From an uncultured delta proteobacterium (GTDB lineage: Bacteria > Desulfobacterota > WTBG01): a DNA stretch of 64,000 nucleotides. The DNA is taken from NCBI GenBank assembly GCA_963752035.1, contig CAVVWZ010000031.1:3115-67114 (forward strand), given 5' to 3'. The notes below the pieces were generated by a model that saw only the letters and a program-made list of their open reading frames with translations, was not told where the DNA came from and searched no databases. Shown in pieces: positions 32,034 through 42,412 of this stretch. Each line of letters starts with the position of its first letter. The stretch's first letter is position 1. A program made the position numbers and the translations under genes.

Positions 32034-32090
32034 AGGGGTCAGGCCTACACATTTGACATGATTTTTGTCAAATGTGTAGGCCTGACCCCT
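32034..32090. repeat. Perfect 25+7+25 palindrome, copy 1 of a two-member family
   Basis: AGGGGTCAGGCCTACACATTTGACA / TGATTTT / TGTCAAATGTGTAGGCCTGACCCCT. It starts 30 bp after the uvrA stop. Confidence 0.85.
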
Positions 32091-32166
32091 TTAATTTGAC
32101 AGAAAACCGACATTATGCTTTAATGCGCTTAATGTTAAACACTCTTCACAAACAGAAAGGTAAACC

Positions 32167-34038
32167 ATGGTACTAGAAAAAGGCTATGCAGGAAAAGTGC
32201 TGCGGGTTAACTTATCAACCGGCAAGTCAACAACCGAGGACTTAAACGAAGATGCTGCGAGGCTCTTTATCGGGGGAAGAGGCCTGGGAGCCAAATATCT
32301 TTTCGATGAAGTTCCGGCCGGCACCGATCCACTGGGAGAAGACAATAAGCTCTATTTTCTTACCAGTCCTCTGGCAGGTACATCAGCTCAGTCAAGTTCC
32401 CGGTGGATGGTGGTTACCAAATCACCTCAAACCGGAATGTTTATACGCTCAACGGGGGGAGCTCAATTCGGGCACGAACTCAAGATCGCCGGCATAGACC
32501 TGCTTATCATTGAAGGAAAGGCGGAGAAGCCCACAACCATCGTAATACGGGATGATCAAGTCATTTTAAAAGATGCCGGCCACCTGTGGGGAAAGGAAAT
32601 CGCTACAGACACCCTCCAGGAAACACTTCGCAGTGAACTCGGTGACGACAAAATGCACATAGCATGCATCGGGTCTGCCGGGGAAAAGGGTACACTTTTC
32701 GCGGCAATTATGAGCGGCCGCCGGAGTGCAAGCAGGGGCGGTGTTGGAACAGTAATGGGAGCAAAGAACCTCAAGGCCATTGCAGTAAGAGGCACAGGAA
32801 AGATCGAGGTGGCTGACCGATCAAAACTTCAAACTATCACCAGGGACCTTGTATCCTCTGCCAGCAAAACCGACTTATTTAAGGCATTCTCCCACCTGGG
32901 AACTGCGGGTATGACCGCTTTGATGCACGAGATGGGAATGCACCCGGTGAAAAATTTTCAGCAAGGGCAGATGCCTGATTTTACCGGACTGGAATCAGAT
33001 AAGCTTGAAGAGCTTCAGGTAAAAAATGAAGGCTGTTTCGGTTGTTTTATTCAGTGTGGCTCTATCCTTCAGGTAAAACAAGGACGCTACAAGGGAAATC
33101 CTGTTTGCGGCCCGGAATACGAGACCATGTGGGCATTTGGTGCAAATCTCTTCAGTACAGATCTCGGTTTTGTCATAGCAGTTAATAAGCTCTGTGATGA
33201 TTTTGGACTGGATACAATCACCGCCGGGAGTAGTATTGCATTTGCCATGGAACTGTTTGAGAAGGGAATCCTTACCACGGGTGATCTTGATGGAGGTGAG
33301 CTCACCTGGGGTAATCATCAGGAGGCCTATAAACTGCTTATGAAAATTGTCAAGCGGGAAGGTATCGGTGACATACTGGCCCTGGGCACCAGAAAGGCAG
33401 CCGAAAAAATAGGGAAGAACGCCGAGCACTGTGCAATGCATGTTAAGGGCCTTGAAATACCGGCATATGAACCACGAGGGGCAAAGGCCCACGGTTTAAA
33501 CCTGGCCACATCAACTATTGGCGCAAGCCACATGACAGGATATTGCGGGCAGGAATTGTTTGGCATTCCAGAACAGATTGACCGATTCAGCACTGAGGGA
33601 AAGGGGGCCATCACCAAATACAACCAGGACAATGCAGCTGCCTATGACTCCCTGCTCATCTGCGGTTTTCCTGCTTGTTTTAATTGGATGATTCCCCACC
33701 ATTACGCCGAATTCCTTTCAGCCGCCACGGGCATTGAGGAATTTTCCGACAAGGACTACATACTCAAGAGTGGAGAACGGATTTTCAACATCGAGAAGGC
33801 ATTCAATCTGCGTGAAGGATGTGAGCGGAAAGACGACTATCTCCCCCAAAGATTTATTAAAGAACCTTTACCCGACGGTCCCTGCAAGGGCCAGGTTTTT
33901 GAAATGGATCTGCTTTTGGATGATTACTACAGGGCACGGGAGTGGGACCCAGAGTCAGGGTTTCCCACAGAAAGGAAGTTACTTGATCTCGGTCTGGAAT
34001 CAGAAGCCGAGACATTGAAACAAATCTCCCGAACATAA
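32167..34038 (+). CDS. aor: Aldehyde:ferredoxin oxidoreductase family (tungstopterin) enzyme
   Basis: 623 aa with the N-terminal GYAGKVLRVNLSTGK and GGRGLGAKYLFDE typical of the AOR family. Conserved C-containing motifs lie in the middle domain. Confidence 0.9.
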   Translation: MVLEKGYAGKVLRVNLSTGKSTTEDLNEDAARLFIGGRGLGAKYLFDEVPAGTDPLGEDNKLYFLTSPLAGTSAQSSSRWMVVTKSPQTGMFIRSTGGAQFGHELKIAGIDLLIIEGKAEKPTTIVIRDDQVILKDAGHLWGKEIATDTLQETLRSELGDDKMHIACIGSAGEKGTLFAAIMSGRRSASRGGVGTVMGAKNLKAIAVRGTGKIEVADRSKLQTITRDLVSSASKTDLFKAFSHLGTAGMTALMHEMGMHPVKNFQQGQMPDFTGLESDKLEELQVKNEGCFGCFIQCGSILQVKQGRYKGNPVCGPEYETMWAFGANLFSTDLGFVIAVNKLCDDFGLDTITAGSSIAFAMELFEKGILTTGDLDGGELTWGNHQEAYKLLMKIVKREGIGDILALGTRKAAEKIGKNAEHCAMHVKGLEIPAYEPRGAKAHGLNLATSTIGASHMTGYCGQELFGIPEQIDRFSTEGKGAITKYNQDNAAAYDSLLICGFPACFNWMIPHHYAEFLSAATGIEEFSDKDYILKSGERIFNIEKAFNLREGCERKDDYLPQRFIKEPLPDGPCKGQVFEMDLLLDDYYRAREWDPESGFPTERKLLDLGLESEAETLKQISRT

Positions 34039-34172
34039 ACAAGTGCCTATTCTTCATTGATCTTTCAAGATTACCTGTCCCTTTACCCTGCAGCTGAACT
34101 GTGGTGGTAGATGAGAAGCATACACTACAGTGTTTCTTTCTTCACCATTATCTGTCAAGGAGGTATTTAGAC

Positions 34173-34652
34173 ATGAAACAATCAGACCCTGTATCACACT
34201 GGCTCCCCTGCCCCGTAGTCTTTATCAGTACGGCTTACGGAGAAAAACGTGACATTATGACGGCAACCGCCATGTTCGTCTCAGAGAAAGAACCCCTTCT
34301 CGCAGTCAGCGTTGCAAAAGCACATCTCACCGCTCAACTCATTGAGCAGGCGGGTGCTTTTACACTGGTGATGGCATCTGCAGGCCAGCAGGAACTGGTC
34401 TGGAAATTAGGCAGCACAAAAGGGGATGAAGGTGACAAGTTTGCCCGTTTTGCTATAAACACCCTTCCCCCCGAACCGGGGAAGCCACTTGTCCCCGTGG
34501 AAGCTTCCTCCTGGATGGAATGCACAGTGGTGAGTCAACACCCTTTAGAAGGATATGTGCTGGTAATTGCCCGGGTAACCAACCAGGAAAATCTCGAAAA
34601 CCCTCCCCTCATGTGGCACGACCAGGCACTCTGTACCTTGAAATCACTCTGA
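34173..34652 (+). CDS. Flavin reductase-like (FMN-binding split-barrel) domain protein
   Basis: ATG at 34173 follows an AAGGAGG Shine-Dalgarno. The PVVFISTAYGEKRDIMTATAM pattern matches the flavin reductase domain. Confidence 0.7.
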   Translation: MKQSDPVSHWLPCPVVFISTAYGEKRDIMTATAMFVSEKEPLLAVSVAKAHLTAQLIEQAGAFTLVMASAGQQELVWKLGSTKGDEGDKFARFAINTLPPEPGKPLVPVEASSWMECTVVSQHPLEGYVLVIARVTNQENLENPPLMWHDQALCTLKSL

Positions 34653-34675
34653 GCTATTGCAGGGACATAGAGAAA

Positions 34676-35788
34676 ATGTACATGAGTGAAAACGGTGTAA
34701 TACAGCGAAGAGAAGATGGCCTTACTATTGTATCCCTTAAAGGGACACCCCTTGAGATGGGATTACAACATGGCACCCTGCTTAAAGAAGAAATAAGCAG
34801 AATACATGATCATGTTCTCTCCTACCTCTCTCAAATAAAACGGGGAGTATGGGGACGAACTGTGTATCCCCTCTTGCAACTACTTGTTTGGGGTTATAAC
34901 CTGTTCATACCGGCAGAATACAGGGAAGAGCTCAAGGGCATAGCACGGGGAGCCGGCCTCAGCTATTCTTCTATCCTCCTCATCAATGTGTTAGATGATC
35001 TGGGACATAAAATGGCCTGCTCCTGTTTTACTGTTACAGGGGCGAAGACTAAAGGGAATACACTCATCTATGGCAGAAACCTGGATTATGGAATATTCAC
35101 TGATTTGATGCCTTCTCTAAATACTATTTTTTGCTACCAGCCCAGCAGTGGTTTCCCGTTCGTCTCCGTGGCCTGGCCTGCCTATGCCGGGGTTGTGACG
35201 GGCATGAGTTCCAAAAAGCTGGTATTAGGAAGCCTAACCTCATTTTCCAAAGAAAAGGCCCGTATAGGAACACCATCGGGACTGTTATACCGAAAGGCCC
35301 TTCAATACGCATCTTCCCTAACAGATTTCCGAAAATCAATTATGAATGGACGCCGTACCATCAACAACAATCTCCTTATTGCATCCACCGGGGAGAGCGT
35401 TGTACTGGAGGTATCGCCCACCCGGGGCCAGTTGCGATCCCAACAGGATGATGTATTAACAGTTACCAATCACTTTCAAAACCCCTTCATGTCCGAGCTA
35501 AAAACCTTCTTCATGGCCAAACCACCCGGCTCTACACTGGAAGATGAACTTTTTACGGAACACTACAGTGTCGCCCGAAACGAACGGTTACAGCATCTCT
35601 GCAGAAAGGGAGCAATTGATATTGAGGAAGCCATTGCCATACTGCGGGATCCAAAGATAAGCAATGCAGGAACGGTGCAGAGCCTTTTACTCATTCCCGA
35701 ACGTTTAGAGCTGTGGGTTGCCAGGGAAACAACTGCGCCGGTTTCACAAGGTGAATTCATTCAACTGAAGGACCTCTTTTCAGGATAG
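34676..35788 (+). CDS. C45-family (acyl-CoA:6-APA acyltransferase-like) Ntn hydrolase
   Basis: About 370 aa from ATG 34676. A candidate nucleophile Cys sits in MACSCFTV, followed by YGRNLDY. The upstream part of ORF 34520 overlaps the preceding gene. Confidence 0.6.
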   Translation: MYMSENGVIQRREDGLTIVSLKGTPLEMGLQHGTLLKEEISRIHDHVLSYLSQIKRGVWGRTVYPLLQLLVWGYNLFIPAEYREELKGIARGAGLSYSSILLINVLDDLGHKMACSCFTVTGAKTKGNTLIYGRNLDYGIFTDLMPSLNTIFCYQPSSGFPFVSVAWPAYAGVVTGMSSKKLVLGSLTSFSKEKARIGTPSGLLYRKALQYASSLTDFRKSIMNGRRTINNNLLIASTGESVVLEVSPTRGQLRSQQDDVLTVTNHFQNPFMSELKTFFMAKPPGSTLEDELFTEHYSVARNERLQHLCRKGAIDIEEAIAILRDPKISNAGTVQSLLLIPERLELWVARETTAPVSQGEFIQLKDLFSG

Positions 35789-35930
35789 CATTCTCAAGGT
35801 CCTCTTCTTTCCAAATCGCACCTTTATCTTTTCCTTGACGCACGTGAAAACCTCCCTTATACTTTTTCCATTACTAAAAACCCCCACTCGTTTACTCCTG
35901 TTAGTAGATCTTCTCTGAGAAGGAGTTACT

Positions 35931-36503
35931 ATGAAAGCAACCGTAAGCACCATTGGACTGATAATCATTGTTGTTCTTCTAACACTTTCTTACTACGGAT
36001 TCTTTGCGAAGGTTACCATAGTAGAAAAGGAGATCGGTGACTTCTGGTTACTCTACGAGAAACATGTCGGGGACTATAAGGAAACCGGGCAGGTAATGGA
36101 CAGAATCTATTCCAGGTTATTGGGTGAAGATGCAATTGCACCCTCAAGAGGATTTGGGCTCTACTTTGATGATCCCAAAAAGGTAGAGAAAAAACACCTG
36201 AGGAGTATTGCAGGATGTATCTTAGATGGACAGGATGAAGGTAAAATTAACTATTTAAAAACCAACTACCAGGTAAAAAAATATCCTGCTTCAACAAGTG
36301 TTGTTGCTGAATTCCCCTTTAAGGGAACCCCCTCCATTCTTATGGGTGTAATTAAGGTCTACCCCAAACTCACGGAATACATAGCACAACACAATTATCC
36401 GCCGGTTCCAATCATGGAAATATATGACACGCCTAATGGAAAGATTTCCTATATCGCCTCTGTAAATCTGGATGGGCAGGTTTTTGATGATCTTCTGGAA
36501 TAG
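35931..36503 (+). CDS. Membrane-anchored GyrI-like (small-molecule-binding) domain protein
   Basis: 190 aa with an N-terminal TM helix. The remaining pattern (HVGDYKETGQVMDRIY...GLYFDDP) is as in GyrI-like/SOUL-type domains. Confidence 0.45.
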   Translation: MKATVSTIGLIIIVVLLTLSYYGFFAKVTIVEKEIGDFWLLYEKHVGDYKETGQVMDRIYSRLLGEDAIAPSRGFGLYFDDPKKVEKKHLRSIAGCILDGQDEGKINYLKTNYQVKKYPASTSVVAEFPFKGTPSILMGVIKVYPKLTEYIAQHNYPPVPIMEIYDTPNGKISYIASVNLDGQVFDDLLE

Positions 36504-36685
36504 GCCCTCAAGAGAAGTGCCTTTAATCCTCTCACATTCCTGCTATCATCCCGCCGGTGTAGGTTGTTATTAATTATTTGCAAAACCGGGAAAATACTAT
36601 ATACTGATTCTCAAGTTTGCAAACCCTATAGCACAAGGGATTTATAGACTGGAACATCCCAGCATTAAGGAGACCATCTGCAACA

Positions 36686-37240
36686 ATGGACCGAAAGACA
36701 AAAATGATCTATAGACATAACCGATTACTGTTGCTCAGCATTTTCTTACTCTTGGCAAACATCCTTGTTTATAGTGCAGGGGGAGAAGATGCTCGCCTTC
36801 ACGCTAAAGAGACCTTTGATTTTTCTCTCGAGACTTTAGAAGGTGAAAAGATCCAGCTTAAGGATTATCGAGGTAAAAAGGTTGTACATCTTGTGTTCTG
36901 GTCTACATGGTGTCCTAAATGTCTGATAGACATGGCGAAACTAAAAGAGCTGTGGAAAACTATGGAGAACAGTCCCTATGAAATATTGGCCGTAAATGTG
37001 GGACTGAATGAATCGAAGAAAAGAATCCATAAGATACGCAGTGAATACCAGATCCCCTTCAGAATTGTCCTGGATAATAAGAGTAAGGTAACAAAAGATT
37101 TTGGTGTAATGAGTATTCCCTTTAACATTATAATCGACAAGGACGGTACTATAACAGATCGCTTTAGTGACCTGCCCAAGGATCCAAAAGACCTTCTCAA
37201 TAAAGTGTCCCTGGGTCAGCTCAATCACCTGGACCACTAA
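36686..37240 (+). CDS. TlpA-family thiol:disulfide oxidoreductase (thioredoxin fold)
   Basis: 184 aa with a signal/anchor sequence and the WSTWCPKC active-site motif. Confidence 0.8.
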   Translation: MDRKTKMIYRHNRLLLLSIFLLLANILVYSAGGEDARLHAKETFDFSLETLEGEKIQLKDYRGKKVVHLVFWSTWCPKCLIDMAKLKELWKTMENSPYEILAVNVGLNESKKRIHKIRSEYQIPFRIVLDNKSKVTKDFGVMSIPFNIIIDKDGTITDRFSDLPKDPKDLLNKVSLGQLNHLDH

Positions 37241-37277
37241 ACGGTTTAAACAAAGATCAGACAACTTATCCGATAAA

Positions 37278-37308
37278 GGGCGTGGTATAGTATACCACGC
37301 CCTTTTTT
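37278..37308 (+). terminator. Rho-independent terminator
   Basis: GGGCGTGGTATA-G-TATACCACGCCC stem followed by T6. Confidence 0.75.
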
Positions 37309-37431
37309 GACTTTTCACTCATTATCTGCACACATGCTGCCGATACATATATTATACTATCGTATAAGTTCATATTGTACAGATAAGGTGCTTTTAGTTA
37401 ATTTTAATGATCAAATGGAAAGGAACGTGCT

Positions 37432-38995
37432 ATGGATAGTCTCAAAAAATCGAGCTTGTTTCTTATGGTTGCACTGACCCTGGTTGGACTACTGACAGCC
37501 CTGCACACTAAAGGAATAGCCCGTGCAGAAGGGAATTTCCCTCTACTCTATTCTGATGGTACCCTTCCTTCCCGTTCTGCTTCTGGAGATCCTTTGTTAC
37601 TTGGGAGGTTTACCTCCTATCCCACAGACCCTACTGCAGATATTCCCTGGTCATGTGGATTCTCCGGGGTGGACCAGATACAGTGTGCATTCAACAACGC
37701 CCGCTCAGCTGAAAACACCCAGCTGGGAACATCCCTTCCCCCGGTGACATTGCCGTCCCAGGCTACATGGGATGGCTATGAGTGACGGTGAAAAAGCCCT
37801 GTGGCTCATCAATCGAGAACGTGATGATCGGGACCTGGATCCCTTAGAGCAGATAGAGTCTAATGTCACCGATGTAGCCCAAACCTATGCAGATTTTCTC
37901 TTAGACAACGATGCCTGGGGACATTATGAAAACGGTCTTTCACCCTGGGAACGGCTAAATGAAAACCCGGTAATTCTGGACTGCCATGACAACCTGTCCG
38001 TAGCTGAAAATCTGGCAGTCTTTGTTTCAACCGGCACTATTCCCCTCCCGGTGGTGCGGTCCGTATACATGTGGATGTATGATGATGCGGGATCCGCTTG
38101 GGGTCACAGACATGCAATTTTGTGGTATCCCTATAACGACAACAGTGGTCTTGGCGGGATGGAAGGTTTTATGGGCATCGGCCGGGCAAGTGGCGGACCC
38201 TATCAGGGGCCGTTTGCCAGTCCATGGCCATTTGCTGAAATGATTGTTATGAACGTCTTCGATCCCTGCAAAACCTGGGAGTACGATTCAACTACTTCAT
38301 CATCCACGTCACCGACAACCACAACTTCAGCATCATCTTCTTCGACGACCTCTTCAGCCATCCCCTCTTCCACAACCACATCAACGGAACCGGGCACATC
38401 AACCTCTACCCCTTCAACCAGCACAACTCCACCCGGCATAACAACCACCACGGTACAGGGGACCTCCACGATCCCCCCTGGGACTACCACAAGTATCACA
38501 GGGTGCTCCCTAAGTATGGTACCCCAGTCTGAACACATTGCATCCATGCAGTCTTTGACATTTACTGTGCTCCCCCAGGGTGACTGCAATGATCCTGATT
38601 ATGAATGGTTGCTGGAAACCACTATTGGTAGCAGTTGCGACCAGGGAGGTAATTACACTGCCGGGGACAACCCTAACATGCTTACGCCGGCAACCGATAT
38701 AGTAACCGTGGTTGACCATGCAAATAATGACAGTAACGCCCATGCGTCGGTTGATGTCTTTTTTGCATGTCCTTCTAAACATCTCTACGGTGGCGATTCA
38801 GAGGAAGTATACCTTCTGAGGAAATTTCGTGATGATGTGCTCAGCTCAACACCCGAAGGAAAACAACTTATAGAATTGTACTACAGGTGGAGCCCTCTTC
38901 TGCTTAAAGCTATGGTGGAAGATGAGGAATTTGAAGATGAGATAAGAAACATGCTGGGTGGTATTTTACCCAGAATTAAAAAAAGTCTTAAGTGA
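37432..38995 (+). CDS. Secreted CAP/SCP-domain protein with a Ser/Thr-rich linker and C-terminal domains, frame broken near 37775
   Basis: Signal peptide in ORF 37432-37785. The CAP-like core (LWLINRERDDRDLDPL...AENLA...WGHRHAIL) continues in ORF 37772-38995. A 70-aa S/T/P tract spans 38285-38480. Confidence 0.6.
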
Positions 38996-39005
38996 CATTC
39001 CTCTT

Positions 39006-39028
39006 CCCTCTCCCCTCAGGGGAGAGGG
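39006..39028. repeat. GC-rich hairpin between convergent genes (CCCTCTCCCC-TCA-GGGGAGAGGG)
   Basis: Perfect 10-bp stem. It is a possible bidirectional terminator or REP-like unit, with no clear T-tract. Confidence 0.4.
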
Positions 39029-39068
39029 ATGGGGTGAGGGGGAAATTCCATTTTCGAATCAACAATTG

Positions 39069-40139
39069 TTACGGACGTGCTTCAAATACAACATTAATAG
39101 GGGTTTCCACTACCCGGTTAAAGCGGGTAAACCCCCCTGATTGCAAGACCTCACGCAGCCTCGCCTCCCCGGCTTGACCTCCTAAAGCGACGCCTCCTTC
39201 CTGATTGAGGGCACAGGGAACACAGATCAATACGGAAGCACAGTAATACAGCCTCCCTATCGGGGTCAGGTTGTCTTCAACCCGGTCCCCTGCAAATGGT
39301 TCCACAATCATCCATGTACCATCACGTTTAAGTGATTTAAGCACATGGGACGATGCAGCCACAGGATCTCCCATATCGTGCAGGCAGTCAAAGGCTGTAA
39401 CAAGATCATAGTTAGTGCCGGAAAAGGTGGTGCCCGAAGCTACTTCAAACCGCACCCGATCTGAAACACCGGCTTCTTCGGCCTTCCTGCGTGCAGCTGC
39501 AATCGACACATCATGGGGATCGGAACCATAAAAGGTTGAGTGAGGGAAGGCCTGGGCCATAATGATGGTTGACGTTCCACATCCGCAGCCAATATCAGCG
39601 ACGGAAGCCCCTTTGTGCAGTTTGTCTTCAACCCCATCAAGGGCGGGAATCCATGACTGCACAAGGTGGGTCAAGTAGTTAGGGGTATAAAACCGGTCTC
39701 CCCCTTCTGCCAGCTTCTGGTCATGCTCGTCCCATCCAAATCCTTTGCCGGTCCGGAACGCATCGACAATCTTCTCTTCAGAACGGATAGCTGCGGTGGC
39801 AGCCTGGAAGGCTCCCGGCAGATAGACCGGGCTGTTCTCGTCTGCAAAGGCAAATGCCTGTTCATCCGAAAGGCTGTACTGTTCCGATTCCGGATGGTAA
39901 TCCACATAACCCCCGGAAGCCATTGCCGGAAGCCATTCACGAACGTAACGCTCAGATGTTCCCGTCCGCTCTGCCAGTTCAGCGGATGTCATTTGACCCT
40001 GGCCGGCCATGGCCTTAAACAGGCCAAGTTTCTCCCCGATCAAAACCAGCGGGGCATGGAATGCTGCACCGATATCTTCGATAACTTTTTGTACGATACT
40101 GTTGAGCTTCGTTTCGTCAAGTGGCATAACATTTTCCAA
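39069..40139 (-). CDS. Class I SAM-dependent methyltransferase with an N-terminal winged-helix-like dimerisation domain
   Basis: 356 aa with SAM motif I VADIGCGCG and downstream motif YDLVTAFDCLHD. Confidence 0.8.
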   Translation of the reverse strand: MENVMPLDETKLNSIVQKVIEDIGAAFHAPLVLIGEKLGLFKAMAGQGQMTSAELAERTGTSERYVREWLPAMASGGYVDYHPESEQYSLSDEQAFAFADENSPVYLPGAFQAATAAIRSEEKIVDAFRTGKGFGWDEHDQKLAEGGDRFYTPNYLTHLVQSWIPALDGVEDKLHKGASVADIGCGCGTSTIIMAQAFPHSTFYGSDPHDVSIAAARRKAEEAGVSDRVRFEVASGTTFSGTNYDLVTAFDCLHDMGDPVAASSHVLKSLKRDGTWMIVEPFAGDRVEDNLTPIGRLYYCASVLICVPCALNQEGGVALGGQAGEARLREVLQSGGFTRFNRVVETPINVVFEARP

Positions 40140-40228
40140 TTAGCACAGGTTTATAAAATGGAGCAGTATAAGAAAAACCATGGTTAGTGTCAATTAAAAC
40201 CATTCGAAACAGAAAATCGATCCTGCCC

Positions 40229-42361
40229 CTATTTTTGTTTCATCGAGAGGCTAATCCTCTTCCTTGGAATATCCACTGAAAGTACGGTTACAGTAACCTG
40301 CTGATGGAGTTTGATTACTTCAGCAGGGTTTTTCACAAACTTGTCTGAGAGCTCACTTATGTGCACCAACCCATCCTGGTGCACACCAACATCCACAAAA
40401 GCACCGAAATTGGTTATATTGGTAACGATACCGGGGAGCTTCATCCCGACTTCTAAATCTTCAATGGCACATATGTCGTTGGCAAAACTAAACTGCTTAA
40501 AGGTCTCTCTCGGGTCACGGCCCGGTTTTGCGAGCTCAACCATTATATCACGTAAGGTGGGCAGGCCTGCCGTGGTGCTTACATAGCTCTTCAAATCTAT
40601 TTGTGAGCGTACTGTTTCATCCTGCATTAAGTCCCTGACCGCACAGTTAAGATCCCCTGCCATCTGCTCAACAATGCAATAACTCTCCGGGTGCACGGCG
40701 CTTGCATCGAGGGGGTTAGCACCATCCCTTATTCTCAGGAAACCCGCTGCCTGCTCAAACGCTTTTTTTCCCAGCCCGGAAACTTTTTTAAGTTCTGCCC
40801 GGGACGCGAAGGGACCCTGCTCATCTCTGTAATCCACAATGGACTGGGCACGTTTTGGCCCCAGCCCGGAAACGTAGGACAGAAGCTGCTTGCTGGAAGT
40901 ATTCAGTTCTACGCCAACCTTGTTCACACAGCTCTCCACTACATGGTCAAGTTTTTCCTTTAACAGTTTTTGATCAACATCATGCTGATATTGCCCCACC
41001 CCAATAGATTTAGGTTCGATTTTGACAAGTTCTGCGAGGGGATCCATCAGCCGTCTCCCAATGGATACAGCTCCTCTCACCGTTACATCGTAATCAGGAA
41101 ATTCCTTCCGGGCCACCTCTGAGGCAGAATAAACTGACGCCCCGTTCTCACTCACCATTACCACTGCAGTATCACCTGGCAGTTGTAATGTGCGAATAAA
41201 GGATTCTGTTTCTCTTCCTGCTGTACCATTACCTACCGCTATCATTTCTATCTGGTACCTGTCACAGAGATTACGGATTATGTCTTCGGCTTCTTTCCGT
41301 TTGCTGTGGGGTTCGTGCGGATATATCGTAGTATTCTGGAGAAGCTTTCCCTGGCTGTCTAAACAGACCACCTTACACCCTGTACGAAAACCGGGATCAA
41401 TGGCCATGACCCTCTTTTGTCCTAACGGAGGTGCAAGTAACAGTTGACGAAGATTTTCCGCAAACACCCTGACTGCTTCTTCGTCAGCTTGATTTTTAGC
41501 AGTAGATCTGATTTCATTCTCCATTGACGGGGACAAGAGCCTTTTATAACCATCCACTACCGCCATGTGCACCTGTTCTGAAACACCATTACCATTGGTA
41601 ACAAAGTGATCTTCCAGTAGTCCCAGGGCATCTTTTTCATCAGGGCGAATGTGTAGCATCAAAAAAGCTTCCTTTTCCCCCCGCATCATTGCAAGTAAGC
41701 GGTGAGATGGAACCCTTTTAACCGGTTCTTCCCAATCGAAATAGTCTTTGTACTTAAGGGCTTCTTCTGCTTTCACGCCAATTACTTTTGTCTTGATGAG
41801 GCCACGATCAGTAAAGAGCTCCCTTATGGCGGCTCTCGCAACCTGATCCTCACTGATGTGCTCGGCAATAATGTCCCGCGCTCCCTGGAGTGCATCTTCG
41901 GCAGTTTCAACACCTTTTTCCAAGTCAATATAGTTGGTTGCCTCCTTTAACAAATCGACGTCATCCTGCTTCATTATCAAATCTGCAAGGGGTTGAAGCC
42001 CCCGTTCCCGTGCAATGGTTGCCCTGGTTCGACGCTTTGGTTTGAAAGGCAGGTAGATATCCTCGAGCACTGCGATGGTTTCTGCGACCATCAGTTTTTT
42101 ATGCAACTCTTCCGTAAGCAATTCCCGTTCTGAAAGAGATTTTACTATTGCATCACGCCGTTTATCCAACTCTCGTAACTGATGTAACCTGTCCCGAACA
42201 GCACCAATGACTATCTCATCTAAGCTGCCGGTTGCCTCTTTCCTATAACGGGATATAAAAGGAATGGTGGACCCATCGTCTAAAAGCTGGGCAGTGACAT
42301 CAACCTGTTTTTCACTTAACTGCAACTCCCTTGCAATCTTCTTACTATGTTCCGGATTCAT
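40229..42361 (-). CDS. tex: Transcription accessory protein Tex (S1 RNA-binding)
   Basis: 710 aa. It has the N-terminal Tex domain (TIPFISRYRKE), a YqgF-like domain, HhH motifs, and a C-terminal S1 domain (GIVTNITNFGAFVDVGVHQDGLVHISE). Confidence 0.9.
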   Translation of the reverse strand: MNPEHSKKIARELQLSEKQVDVTAQLLDDGSTIPFISRYRKEATGSLDEIVIGAVRDRLHQLRELDKRRDAIVKSLSERELLTEELHKKLMVAETIAVLEDIYLPFKPKRRTRATIARERGLQPLADLIMKQDDVDLLKEATNYIDLEKGVETAEDALQGARDIIAEHISEDQVARAAIRELFTDRGLIKTKVIGVKAEEALKYKDYFDWEEPVKRVPSHRLLAMMRGEKEAFLMLHIRPDEKDALGLLEDHFVTNGNGVSEQVHMAVVDGYKRLLSPSMENEIRSTAKNQADEEAVRVFAENLRQLLLAPPLGQKRVMAIDPGFRTGCKVVCLDSQGKLLQNTTIYPHEPHSKRKEAEDIIRNLCDRYQIEMIAVGNGTAGRETESFIRTLQLPGDTAVVMVSENGASVYSASEVARKEFPDYDVTVRGAVSIGRRLMDPLAELVKIEPKSIGVGQYQHDVDQKLLKEKLDHVVESCVNKVGVELNTSSKQLLSYVSGLGPKRAQSIVDYRDEQGPFASRAELKKVSGLGKKAFEQAAGFLRIRDGANPLDASAVHPESYCIVEQMAGDLNCAVRDLMQDETVRSQIDLKSYVSTTAGLPTLRDIMVELAKPGRDPRETFKQFSFANDICAIEDLEVGMKLPGIVTNITNFGAFVDVGVHQDGLVHISELSDKFVKNPAEVIKLHQQVTVTVLSVDIPRKRISLSMKQK

Positions 42362-42412
42362 AAAAGCCTTTCATCACATCTGGATAATGTAGGTTGGTTC
42401 ACTACAGTTCAA

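Noticed and set aside
38203-38589. The 128-aa minus-strand ORF rich in V/E/D, opposite the Ser/Thr tract.
   Set aside because: It is the complement of the low-complexity ACC/TCT/TCA-rich stalk of the CAP-domain gene, so it is a compositional artefact.
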